Source: Iphione sp. A-MEVVRFRX5 (taxonomy: Eukaryota). Taken from it: DNA of 64,000 bases. The translations under genes were made by a program, and so were the position numbers. The notes under the pieces were generated by a model, which had not been told where the DNA came from, made no database searches, and saw nothing but the letters and a program-made list of their open reading frames with translations. Positions within the stretch are counted from its first letter, which is position 1, and every line of letters begins with the position of its first letter. This document shows positions 34,006 through 44,489 of the stretch, in pieces. Location: positions 80,352,001-80,416,000 of the forward strand of contig OZ320320.1 in assembly GCA_976226885.1 (NCBI GenBank), written 5' to 3'.

Positions 34006-34979
34006 ACTGTGAAACTGGTTGTATCCCACTATAGAATAACTTCTGTAGAATAATAGATGTTTTATTCTCCTATATTTATAGGCCATGGTTTTTGTTATGC
34101 AATGATTACCCCTGTACAATGTCTTAATATTATATCCAATTCACTTTGTCTACCACCACTTATCTAGACTCTTGGAAACTTAACGCGATGCATTGATGTA
34201 ATTCCTACCCTTCACCTTCTCCCTGTATATATATAGATTTTATTGTTAGTGTTGACCTTTCCTTATTTATGTTCTTACTGTTCATACTCTTAAAATACCA
34301 AAAAACATGCTTACTACCAACTGTAAATGTCATCAGAAATAAACTTTTTTTTTTTTGAAATTAGGCATTTGCCTGCTTTTATTTCTGATTGTCGTTGATA
34401 CATGAGTCAGTATAACATGCCTTTTGTTTTTTGGTTTTTACTAAGATGAATAACAACAAGTGAACACATAATGAACTGCTTAGTTATCACTATCAAGTGG
34501 ATGATAGAGAGGCTGCCTTTGTGATACGAGCTGTTTTCTTAAACCGCTTTACAAGCAGAAAGAAGGGTTACATTCATGGGAGAGAAGATAATAAAATCTG
34601 GGTTTTTAAAGTGGAACTCTTATGCTAGTTGAGATATTGGTACCCTCGAATTATTGGGGAGGGGACACTAGTAGGGCCTAACGTGAGTGGTTTAACAAAA
34701 ACCTATGGATCCGTAGTGGATCATCTGATAAGCACCTTTGGTTCAGCTTGGTCTGTACCCCGTCACACCGGGTTAGACCATGATCCTTAAATAGTAATAT
34801 CTAAGTACTTAGTAGATAAGTCCGCTTAGTTTGTAGGACATGGAGATTTTACTTCTGAAGCTTCTAGTTTTTGTAACATTTTGAACTGTTCCAACAGAAA
34901 ACATAATGGGTAGGGTTGGACATTTGATATGCCTAGATGCCCTAGTCCCCTTAATACTAACATAACTCAGGAGGTTAAT

Positions 34980-37900
34980 TCACTGAAGGGACGTAGCGAT
35001 AACCTGTTCAAGAAATGTTCTTTTTTTACCTTTAGACGCGATTGCTTGTAGTCTAAGATTTTGTAAAATTTCGTTTTTCCATGCAGGAAAGCTGACGTCT
35101 CCCTCGTAGAAGGAGTTTCTTTTCATTATAAAGAATTTCGTGAGTATCAAGATTAAGTTCAGGAACCACATATTCGGGGTCTGAGTGAAGATTCCGAAAA
35201 TATATTCATATTTCTGGATCCCTCGTTGAGGAATTGTTACATAAACTTCGCACCAATGTAATACAGCTTCCCAAAGTTCTCTTACTCTCATACATTCAAC
35301 AAAATAGTGAGGTAGATCATCCACCGCTTGACAGTACTGACATTGAATAGTTGAAGTAACTCGGATATTATAGAGGTACTTATTACACGGTATGGTCCTA
35401 TGTAGGACTTTGTATTGAAAAGATTGGTGTTTAGTCGAGACTGTAGCTATAAATGGATTCTTAAATATCTTATCCCATGGGATTTCATCAGGAGGTGAAA
35501 CTCTTTCCTTTGCATACCAAGACCTTATTGCTGTTGGTTTGTTTTTCTCTTGGTTGATTAGTGCCCAGTATATAGTAGCAGCGGCAGATTGAGAGATATC
35601 CAGGTCTTTGTCACCAATTGTTATAATAAGTGCCTCCTCAGTTAGGGGAATGTCCTGCTCTTGAGTCAGGGTTCGGAGGTGATCGGGTAAACAGTTCTTG
35701 AGTAGATTTAGTTGGGGAGAACTAAGTTCAAGACCATATATCTCTCTCATCTGTTCGACTGAATAAAAAGTACCATTCACATCTAAGATGTTGTCAACCA
35801 ATACAATGTGGGAAGCAATACATTTTCTCCTTAGTCTAGAGGGCGGAGAGGGTCTGTTCATATGAGGGCTATTCCATAAAGGTAGAGCTCTGACCCCCAG
35901 GGCTGTTACCGGGGGGTGTTTTGCTTGGGTTTTCCAGATTTTAACAATTTCTAGGTAGAAGGGATGCCGGACCCGTTTCCCTTGTGCCCTTTCAAATTTA
36001 AAGAAGGTAACTGGGTCTTTTCCGCATAATGCGTAGGTTACAAAGTCTTTACCTAAATATTCAGGCTGTACGAGGTCTGCTACTGTTTTCAGACGGTTAG
36101 CTAGTGTTCGAGACCTTAGGGAAGCTAATTTCAGGCCACCCTCTGGGATAGGTTTCTGTAGGGTATTTTTAGCTATTTTAGGTGACCGTTTGTTCCAGAG
36201 GAACGATTGTGTAAATTTGTCGTATATTTTATAAACCTCTTCTGGGACATGGTGGTTGAAGACCAAAAATTGCATGACAGGAAGAACCAAAGTGTTCAGC
36301 ACTGTGATTTTTCCTTTTAGTGATAGGTTCCTATGAGCCCACGTTTGACATATGTCTCTACACACCTGTAGCTTAGGAGGAAAATTCAGATCATAGTTCA
36401 TATGGTCATCAATTGAGTTCGTATACCAGATTCCTAATATCTTAACGTGGTTTCGCCACTGTATTGGGATTGAGGATTCCCCAGTTTTAAAGTTTGTCAC
36501 CGGGAGTCCTATACTCTTCTGGGCATTGATTCTAATACCAGCTGCCTGGCCAAATAGATGTAAGGTTTCAAACAACGAGTCTATTTCCGTTGGACATTGG
36601 ACGAAACAGGTTAGGTCATCAGCGTACTGAACATTGTACAATCTCTCGTTATGGACTGTAACCCCCGGATAGTTGGGGTGATTTTTAATCATTATTGAGA
36701 GAATCTCCACTACCATGTTGAAGAGTAGGGGGGAAGCGGGACACCCCTGGTGTACCCCTTGTCCCAACGTAAAGTATTGGGTTGTGACTCCGTTGTTTAT
36801 GATACAAGCTTCCGAGGTTGAGTAGAGAAGTCTAATTAGGTTGGTAATGTAGGGGCCCATACCAAATGCGTGTAGGGTAAAGAGGAGAAAGTCCCATGAG
36901 ACCCTGTCAAACGCTTGGGCAAAATCAAGGGCGAGGATAGCCCCTTTTATCTTCTCTTGCTGCCAATACCATATTACATCTCGCAGTATTCTATGAATAG
37001 TGGCTATATTTCTCTTTGGCATGAAACCTATTTGTGTGTTGGCTATATAATTAGGTAAGTACCTCCTCAGTTTTTGAGCAATCACAGTAGAAAGGATTTT
37101 ATAATCTACGTTTAACAGGGCTATTGGGCGCCAACTACCAGCTAGTAACGGGTCTTTTCCTGATTTTGGTAGGAGAGTAATTACCGTTTGTCGTTGGGAT
37201 GGGGTAAGAGTGCCTTCCATTATAGCTTGTTGCATCGTTTGGAAGAGTAGTGGGAGGAGTTCTTTCCAGAAGCATGAGTAAAATTCTACTGGCAGCCCGT
37301 CATTCCCCGGGGTTTTTCTCTGATGGAGGTTCTTAAGTGCTTTAGTAAGGTCGAGTTTTGTGAGCGGTGCTTCAAGTGAGTCATAGTCATCTTGAGTGAT
37401 ACGGGGGAGAAGTTGTTCCCAATTTGTGGGACCAAGAAAGGAGAAATCTGGGGGCAGCGGGGAAAAACCCTGACCCTGATATCTTTGCGAAAAGTGGTTA
37501 TATAACTGATCAGTAATCTCTCTTTGAGTCGTAAGAAGAACATTATTGTCAGAATATAATTGAGTAATAGCCCTTTTTTGCACCTTGAGTCTTTCTAGTC
37601 TGAGGAAGTATCTGGAAGGTCTCTCTCCTTCCACGTACCACCTCTCCTTAGAGCCAGCAAGGGAGACACTAGCTTTTTGGAGTTCTATATCCCTAATGAT
37701 ATTTTGAATGTTTTCAAGTCGATGTACTATCGGATCCGAGTCTGGATCTTCAATATTTACTAAGTGTAGTTTCTCATCAAATTCCTTATGAAGGGCCACA
37801 AGAAATTTTCGAGTTTCTTTAGATTTTGACTTTTGGTATTTCCTGGTAAATAGACCAACCGAAAATTTTAGAAAGTCCCAGGCTTTAGTGGGAGTAAGTT

Positions 37901-38324
37901 TTTGATCTAGTGCCTCCTGGTACCATTGTGAGAGAAGTGGCTTTAAGGTTTCACAGTATTCTTGGTTTTCTAACAGAGCTGTGTTGAGCTTCCATAGCCC
38001 TTTACCACGAGGGGGTATGGCAAGATCAAATCTGACCACAATACCGTCGTGGTCCGAGTGGTGACACCTACGGATATAAGTTTTAACAACATGACTAAGA
38101 AGATCAGAAGATACGAATACATAGTCAATTCTGGATGCTCTGGAAAATGAAGAGTTATACCATGTGTACCCTGGAATGCTTGGGTTACTATGCCTCCATG
38201 CATCTTGCAGGTCAAGACATTTAACAAAGTTCAAAAGTCTTTTATCATTGTTGATTCTTGGAGCGGTAGGCATAGACGGCCGTGGTGGGGCTTGTAGCCT
38301 ATCATCAGAATTATTAATTGTCAT
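34980..38324 (-). CDS. LINE B ORF2, 3' part (rest of APE, RT, CCHC)
   Basis: SRIDY, HSDH, KTPGNDG, LDFAQAFD, QGCPASP, YADD, CQYC....HYFVEC. It begins exactly where the 43950 segment stops. Confidence 0.95.
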   Translation of the reverse strand: MTINNSDDRLQAPPRPSMPTAPRINNDKRLLNFVKCLDLQDAWRHSNPSIPGYTWYNSSFSRASRIDYVFVSSDLLSHVVKTYIRRCHHSDHDGIVVRFDLAIPPRGKGLWKLNTALLENQEYCETLKPLLSQWYQEALDQKLTPTKAWDFLKFSVGLFTRKYQKSKSKETRKFLVALHKEFDEKLHLVNIEDPDSDPIVHRLENIQNIIRDIELQKASVSLAGSKERWYVEGERPSRYFLRLERLKVQKRAITQLYSDNNVLLTTQREITDQLYNHFSQRYQGQGFSPLPPDFSFLGPTNWEQLLPRITQDDYDSLEAPLTKLDLTKALKNLHQRKTPGNDGLPVEFYSCFWKELLPLLFQTMQQAIMEGTLTPSQRQTVITLLPKSGKDPLLAGSWRPIALLNVDYKILSTVIAQKLRRYLPNYIANTQIGFMPKRNIATIHRILRDVIWYWQQEKIKGAILALDFAQAFDRVSWDFLLFTLHAFGMGPYITNLIRLLYSTSEACIINNGVTTQYFTLGQGVHQGCPASPLLFNMVVEILSIMIKNHPNYPGVTVHNERLYNVQYADDLTCFVQCPTEIDSLFETLHLFGQAAGIRINAQKSIGLPVTNFKTGESSIPIQWRNHVKILGIWYTNSIDDHMNYDLNFPPKLQVCRDICQTWAHRNLSLKGKITVLNTLVLPVMQFLVFNHHVPEEVYKIYDKFTQSFLWNKRSPKIAKNTLQKPIPEGGLKLASLRSRTLANRLKTVADLVQPEYLGKDFVTYALCGKDPVTFFKFERAQGKRVRHPFYLEIVKIWKTQAKHPPVTALGVRALPLWNSPHMNRPSPPSRLRRKCIASHIVLVDNILDVNGTFYSVEQMREIYGLELSSPQLNLLKNCLPDHLRTLTQEQDIPLTEEALIITIGDKDLDISQSAAATIYWALINQEKNKPTAIRSWYAKERVSPPDEIPWDKIFKNPFIATVSTKHQSFQYKVLHRTIPCNKYLYNIRVTSTIQCQYCQAVDDLPHYFVECMRVRELWEAVLHWCEVYVTIPQRGIQKYEYIFGIFTQTPNMWFLNLILILTKFFIMKRNSFYEGDVSFPAWKNEILQNLRLQAIASKGKKRTFLEQVIATSLQ

Positions 38325-38327
38325 AAC

Positions 38328-38759
38328 CCGTTTCTCTCACCCACAGTCTTCTCACCGATTGCATTTGAAAACATTGTTTTTGAAAATGTGGTTAGTGCGT
38401 TCTACTTTGCTAAGTCGCGCATCTGCGATGATGGGCATGCGCAGAGAAAAATCATTGATAGCCGCTCTGGATTCGAAGCTGCACGAGTTGCTAGTAAAGT
38501 AAAGACTTGTGAAGAATGGGAAAAGGTTTCCGAGGTAATGTTATTTGATATTATCACTGACAAGATGCGCTTGAATCCAAAAGGTGTGCAGAATCTATTA
38601 GAAACTGGCGCATCAAACTTAGTATATGCCGATTATGACTCGCTGTTGGGAAGTGGTTGTAGGTACGATGGCAGTTGTGAAGAGAAAATTGAGTTCAATG
38701 GGCGTAACCTACTGGGCAAATGTTTGATGAAGCTGCGTGAAGAGTTTCTACCGCAATAG
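38328..38759 (+). CDS. LINE D upstream ORF remnant: NADAR/YbiA-like domain, open back to the truncation point
   Basis: PFLSPTVFSPIAFENIVFENVVSAFYFAK..KIIDSRSGFEAARVA..WEKVSEVML..K..NP....LLETG...LVYADYDSLLGSG..F.GRNLLGKCLMKLREEF. This is co-linear with recalled E. coli YbiA motifs. Confidence 0.85.
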   Translation, partial: PFLSPTVFSPIAFENIVFENVVSAFYFAKSRICDDGHAQRKIIDSRSGFEAARVASKVKTCEEWEKVSEVMLFDIITDKMRLNPKGVQNLLETGASNLVYADYDSLLGSGCRYDGSCEEKIEFNGRNLLGKCLMKLREEFLPQ

Positions 38760-38946
38760 GTATGAAGTCAGGTTGTGCGATCAATTGCTACACACTGTAG
38801 GCCAACTTTGTCCGACTCATTTCTTGTTGTACTGATCGCGCTCCACAACCAGATACGGCTCGTATATGTATACTGTGCTCACTACCAGTTTGATGTATTA
38901 CCATAACTGTTTGTTGGGTGATTAAGTGCGCTTAAATAATTTTCAG

Positions 38947-39674
38947 AGTACCGGATCGTCAACCGACGTGGTGTAAACAATGCGCCGAGAACACGTATTT
39001 TGATGATCATGGACTACCGCACTGCGGACGCGGTCCGTTTGATACCAGTCGATGGTCTTCCGCCGATTACTATTCACATTGTGAGAGTGAAGCGCCTGAG
39101 TTATCGTATGATAAAGGCGCATCACCTGTTCTTCGACACTTCCACCTACGACTTGGTTATGATGTCTGTAGGGATGCGCGAAGTGATCAGGAGAGAGGAT
39201 GGCCAGTGGACTGTCTTCCGCCGCTCTGCGCAGGACTACCGGTGGTGCTTGCTACGATACATCGAGCGGTTTACTAGGATGGTTTGTGGACCGCAACGCC
39301 TGGGTGGAAAACTGGTTGTGTGCCCACTGGCCAGTGCTGATCTGTCTCGATTGGAGCCTGACATAATCGACACGACAGAACAACTACTACTGAATACCGT
39401 AGTCAAATTGCACAACGTGATAGTGAGGATGACCTCAGACAGGCTGGGTTTGGCGCAGCCACGACTCGACCTGCCTGTCAACCTTTATAACAATCAGGGC
39501 ATGTCTGTGATGTCGGACCATCTGAAACAAAATGGTGCGAGTGTGACGTGGAGTGTAACGGTAGAGTGGTCATATACTCTGTATGACTTCCTTCGTAACT
39601 ACTTGCAACGCTATGGGAAGCACCTGCCTGACCCATATGTTTTTCCTTCCACTAGTGACTCGGAGGAGGACTGA
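38947..39674 (+). CDS. LINE D second upstream ORF: degenerate SGNH/GDSL esterase-like fold
   Basis: RILMIMDYR (block I-like, Ser replaced by Tyr), YDLVMMSVGMREV (block III G-x-N-D-like), VVCPL, KLHNVI, SDHLKQNG (D-x-x-H-like). Open from 38940, first ATG at 39003. Confidence 0.5.
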
Positions 39675-40578
39675 CGTGTGGGTACGCGCTGTGAGTAACT
39701 CAACCCTATATTATGTGTCCTCTTATTCTTATCTACACACTCCAATTGCGGGACAGATATGGACATTTAGCCAATGGCCCCACAGAGTACGCTTCGAACC
39801 GCATCTTGTTTTTCTCTTCATACCCCTGTGATGCTTTGTAAACAAGGCATCTGAGATTTACTTACCACCCTGTATATATCTCAGCCCGGTAAAAGTATGT
39901 CATGTGTTCTGGATATCATTCCTGGCGTTACCTGTTGCTCTGCTGTGATAATTCTCATATTCTATTCCAGTGATCCGATAAGACAAATATATTTCTCTAA
40001 ATTGAATCGTACAAGAACCTCCACTTATTTGTATTCATTACCGTATTTACATTAACTCTACTGTCTGTACTCCACGACATAATCCTGTGATGTTGTGTAA
40101 GAAGAGAATTGCATGAATCGCACCATGCCTCATTCATTACTGACTAAGACTACATTTTTATGTCCTCGTATTCATTCATGAAACTGGTGCATAGTTTGCA
40201 CATTAGAGTATTCATTAACATCCAGCTAATCCAGAACTTTAAGACATAACCTGGACTATTGATCTACATCCAGATTGTTGTACTGTATTGTATCGTTTGT
40301 TGCACTGTATTATATCGTTTGTGTACTGTATTTGCCGTCCGACTAGCGGAACTGTGTTGTACTTTATGATGTCTGACTTATCGTTATCAAATGACCTGTG
40401 ATTTTCTTATGTATAACCAAACATTTCCAGTACACTCTTCAGGGTTCATTTCCTGCCCATGCTATAAGTGTTTATGACAGTGCCTTGACTTACTGACGAT
40501 AGCCTGACTGCCTCGGGGGGGGTGGTCGCATATAGTCCGTGTGTAGAAGCTTGCTCCCGGTGCAAACTGAATACTACA

Positions 40579-43329
40579 ATGGGGCTAACTGTGGTCTCAT
40601 ACAATATCCGCAGTTTGGGAAAGAAGGTCAGTGAACTGGGACATTTGTTGGCTTGCCACAGCGTGGATGTATGTTGCATCACTGAATCTTGGCTAAACAG
40701 CACTTACCAAGATTCCAGCGTGGCCATTCCTGGGTACGATTTAGTGCGCCAGGATAGAAACACGATCCAGGCCCAAAGAGGAGGGGGTATAGTCATTTAC
40801 TTTAAAAGTCACTTTCAGGTGACAAGGAAATATGACGTGGGGCCGTCGGAATCCGCCTGCGAAATGCTGGGGATTAGACTTAAGGCTGGCAAGAGAAGGC
40901 CAATAGATGTGCTGGCAGTCTATAGACCTCCGGGTGACCCGATAGCTAAGTCAACGCATGCGATTGACCAAGCAGTGAGGGCACTACCCAGACGTGGCCG
41001 AAGTGACAGGATCATCACCGGTGATTTTAATTATCACTTTGGCTGTCCAGGCAGAGTTGGTAATGCTATAGCCGATATATTAGCAGGCCGAGGTTTCAGC
41101 CAGCTGGTAACACAAGCAACAATGATCTCCTCTGACTCTGTCCTAGATCACCTATGGGTTGACTTCACTGGTCACCTTGGTGGCAAGATTATTGAGTGGT
41201 TCTTAAGCGACCACCTGGCGGTATCTGTTACCATCAAAAAAGGAGTACGGTCTAAACAGAAGGAGACCGTAGTAACACGCAAATGGAACCAAGTTGACGT
41301 GATGGCCCTACATGACAAGCTGAGGAGTGAAGCTATAGTAATGGAGGGCTGCCACGAGTCAGCATGGGATAGCTTTGTGGACAAATTACGTGGTGAGTTA
41401 GAGGTTGTTGCCCCTCCAATCACCACGACCCGCAAAGTTGATAGAGACGGATTCACAATGAGCAACGGATTAGCCGAGTTGGCTCGAGATCGCCTATACT
41501 ACTTCCGCAAGTGGAAGAGGTACAGACAGGAGGATGATCATAGGATTTTTAAGCACCTAGACAAGGTGCTAAAATCTGAACTAAGGAAAGAACGGAAATT
41601 CTACTGGACAAGTAGAGCAAACTCAGCTATGGGTGACCCCCGTAAGCTATGGCAGGTGTTAAACCTGGCCTTAGGAAGGGGAGAGACTAAGGTGACTCTA
41701 CCTAGTCTGTCCAAAGAAAATGGTGAAACGGGGGAAAACCTAGCAAATCGCTTTAACACCTACTTCGTTGATGAAGTCCAAAAGCTAGTAAGGGAACCGA
41801 AGAAAACCGTAACTCTTGGCAGGATAAAATCTGAAAGGAGATTTGAGTTGTCTGAGCCGACACCCTGTACCGTGAGACCTCTATTGACCAGCCTGAAACT
41901 ACACAAGTCATCGGGCATAGAGGGAGTACCTATTAAGATCCTGAAACCTCTCTTGGTCCTTTGCATCGACTTCGTTGCCTGGGTGTTCAACTGTATCTAT
42001 CTGTCGGGCCACTACCCAACCTCCTGGAAGGTAGCCCGCGTGACCCCCGTCTTCAAGAAGGGGGACGCTCAGCTAACTTCCAATTACCGCCCAGTTTCAA
42101 TACTACCCGTGCAGGGTAAAGTATTTGAAAGATGGCTAGTACAGGGGGTTACAAAAGAGCTGGAGAGACAATGCTTCCTGAGCCCAAACCAGCACGGTTT
42201 CCGCCGTAATCGTGGAACCGACACCGCGATTGCTAAACTGCTATACGAGACGCATGAAGCCTTGAACAGGGGTTACTACTGCAGCCTGACGCTCTTTGAT
42301 TTCAAAAAGGCGTTCGATTTAGTGTCTCACAGCAGTGTTGTCAGCAGACTCCGGATAGCTGGTGCAGGGCCAAAACTCTGTAGGGTGATGGAGAGCTATC
42401 TCACTGGCAGAAGACAGTATGTCCGCTGCAGTGGCTTTGACTCTGCTGAGCTTCCTGTGATGACTGGAGTGCCGCAGGGGTCAGTGGTTGGCCCCATAGC
42501 TTTCTGTCTGGTGGTAGACACTGTGGTGGACATACTACCTAAAGGGACCTGTGCCGTACTGTACGCGGACGATCTGTCAGTGCTGTGTGTAGCCAGAGAC
42601 CTGATGAGGCTACGCGAGATCACTCTGCGTACAGTCCAGGAAGTAATCAAATGGAGTGGGGACCAGGGATTGGTATTGAGCCTGGCCAAGTGCAACTATA
42701 TGCCATTGGGTAAGGCATCAGGTATTCCCATGGACATTGTAGTCGATGGGACAATCCTTGAGATGGCAGAGGAAGTGAAGCTCTTAGGGTATCACCTAGA
42801 CTCTAAGCTCAAATGTGGGAAAGCAGTGAGGAAAATTAAATCCACCATGTGGGTAGCTGCGTTAAGAATCAGCAGAGCAAAGCGGAACTTACCGCTGGCT
42901 GTGAGAGTCCTATTATTCAAGTCACTAGTGGTCTCCATTTTGCATTACCATGCAGTGTCACTCTATGGCATGTCCCGGGGAGACATGGTAAGACTACAGG
43001 TGCATCTGAATAGGTGTGCCCGTCTATCCATACAGGACGGTGCCCATCTGTCATCAAGGGTGCTCCAGACTAGGTTCGGAATTGAAAGACTTGAATCAAT
43101 GGTAAGCTCGAAAGGGGTGCATGCAATCCACAAGCTAAGCAAGTTGGGGCTGGTTGATAAAGCTGCAGTAACCAACACCAGGATGGGAACAACTCAAAGA
43201 GTAAGGGTTTCCAAACCAAAGAGTAAGTTGTTCTCAGGGTCACTTGCCTACGCGGCAGTGAAGACCTGGAACAGCCTTGACCCTAGTGTCAAGGCTATGG
43301 AGAGGCTGCCAAGGGAGATTGGCGGCTAA
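40579..43329 (+). CDS. LINE D ORF2p (916 aa): APE plus RT, intact
   Basis: SYNIRS, ITESWL, YRPP, GDFN, LDH, SDH; NYRPVSIL, QHGFR, DFKKAFD, GVPQGSVVGP, YADD, C-terminal YAAVKTWNSL. Confidence 0.96.
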   Translation: MGLTVVSYNIRSLGKKVSELGHLLACHSVDVCCITESWLNSTYQDSSVAIPGYDLVRQDRNTIQAQRGGGIVIYFKSHFQVTRKYDVGPSESACEMLGIRLKAGKRRPIDVLAVYRPPGDPIAKSTHAIDQAVRALPRRGRSDRIITGDFNYHFGCPGRVGNAIADILAGRGFSQLVTQATMISSDSVLDHLWVDFTGHLGGKIIEWFLSDHLAVSVTIKKGVRSKQKETVVTRKWNQVDVMALHDKLRSEAIVMEGCHESAWDSFVDKLRGELEVVAPPITTTRKVDRDGFTMSNGLAELARDRLYYFRKWKRYRQEDDHRIFKHLDKVLKSELRKERKFYWTSRANSAMGDPRKLWQVLNLALGRGETKVTLPSLSKENGETGENLANRFNTYFVDEVQKLVREPKKTVTLGRIKSERRFELSEPTPCTVRPLLTSLKLHKSSGIEGVPIKILKPLLVLCIDFVAWVFNCIYLSGHYPTSWKVARVTPVFKKGDAQLTSNYRPVSILPVQGKVFERWLVQGVTKELERQCFLSPNQHGFRRNRGTDTAIAKLLYETHEALNRGYYCSLTLFDFKKAFDLVSHSSVVSRLRIAGAGPKLCRVMESYLTGRRQYVRCSGFDSAELPVMTGVPQGSVVGPIAFCLVVDTVVDILPKGTCAVLYADDLSVLCVARDLMRLREITLRTVQEVIKWSGDQGLVLSLAKCNYMPLGKASGIPMDIVVDGTILEMAEEVKLLGYHLDSKLKCGKAVRKIKSTMWVAALRISRAKRNLPLAVRVLLFKSLVVSILHYHAVSLYGMSRGDMVRLQVHLNRCARLSIQDGAHLSSRVLQTRFGIERLESMVSSKGVHAIHKLSKLGLVDKAAVTNTRMGTTQRVRVSKPKSKLFSGSLAYAAVKTWNSLDPSVKAMERLPREIGG

Positions 43330-43949
43330 TGTGTCTGTAGAAAGGCTAAGTGTGGTTCCCCGGTTGTGACACGGGCACACTACAGGGCTGAGACAGTAGG
43401 GAGCTTAATTAGAAAGGGAGTAACAGTTGTAAGCAGTTGTACTGCTATCTCGGTCTGGTATGGCACTTAGAGTGTGGTAAGGAAATAGCATGTCGATGTG
43501 AGGCACTATGGAGAGAGCATGTATCTGTCAGTCCATAACGAAACTATCGTGTCTGTTGACTACCTCTCCAGTGCACTGTATGGGCAAGTGAACAGTATTA
43601 CAATATGGATTCCTTTGAGTAAATGATACCTATGTCTCATCCTATAACCCAATTTTTCGGATGGGGCTTTGTCAGCCATATATGCGTAAACAGGGTAATG
43701 ATCGGATGACACTGGTTTAGTCCGGGTCAGATGCAGATCTCCACAGCAAGTTATCATAGTTGATGTATTGTGGCAAAAGCTAGCCGTCTCACTGTATCCT
43801 ATATGTGTGCTGTATCCTATATGTGTCCTGTATTCTGTATATGTGTGTTCGTCCACGTTTGAGTCATGTTATGTTATCACACCTATCTCTTGGAAACCTC
43901 TGTACTCATATGGAGATATTGAATAAAATTGAATTGAATTGAATTGAAT

Positions 43950-44393
43950 ATTAAAATCACCTAGAATAATCCAGGGGGCCGGAGTTTGTTGTACGATATA
44001 ACCCTGTATAGACCTTAAAACGTTCGATTGATTAACTGTCGATGACGCCGGAGGGATATATGTCGCCAGTACGTTGTACGTTGCTGCGTTGATAAGTAGT
44101 TCTGCGTGAAGGTAAAGTCCTTCTGGGTCAGGATAGTATGATGTGACAGTAATATTCTCATTGTTGTTAAATAGGATAGAAGTCCCTGCATGATGGGAAG
44201 AGCCATGTGAGAAAAGCCACTGACCCTTCCACTGGGTGGACCAAATGTTTACGTCATCAGGTGTACTATGAGTTTCTTGTAAACAGATCACATCGTATTC
44301 AGTAATGAAACTGAGGATTGCTTTACGCTTATTAACATTGCGTAAGCCCCTAACATTTAAGGTAATGAACGAAACACTTGGTGAACGAGACAT
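43950..44393 (-). CDS. LINE B ORF2, 5' part (148 aa of APE, ending GDFN)
   Basis: TLNVRG, LQETH, YIP, ILGDFN, followed by the D tail. Confidence 0.93.
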
Positions 44394-44489
44394 GGTTAGA
44401 ACAAAGTGGCTGAAACAAAAAGTGGTATTAGTGAGCCCCTAGGTCAACGGACCCAGGGGGGGGCTGAGACCCCTCAGTAGAAGGCCCCT

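Larger units (their letters stand above)
38326..43947 (+). mobile_element. LINE D: 5'-truncated L2/Crack/CR1-group element inserted into LINE B ORF2
   Basis: ATA shared at both junctions (38323-38325 and 43948-43950), AATAAA at 43922-43927 then a (TTGAA)4 tail, and APE-RT without a CCHC knuckle. Confidence 0.88.

Noticed and set aside
38754-38950. GT donor right after the NADAR stop (TAG|gtatga) that could fuse NADAR to the esterase ORF
   Set aside because: The spliced product retains the stop and the frames are incompatible.
43869-43949. C-terminal 26 aa of ORF 43869-44393 as real coding sequence
   Set aside because: It is read-through into the antisense (TTGAA)n tail of LINE D.
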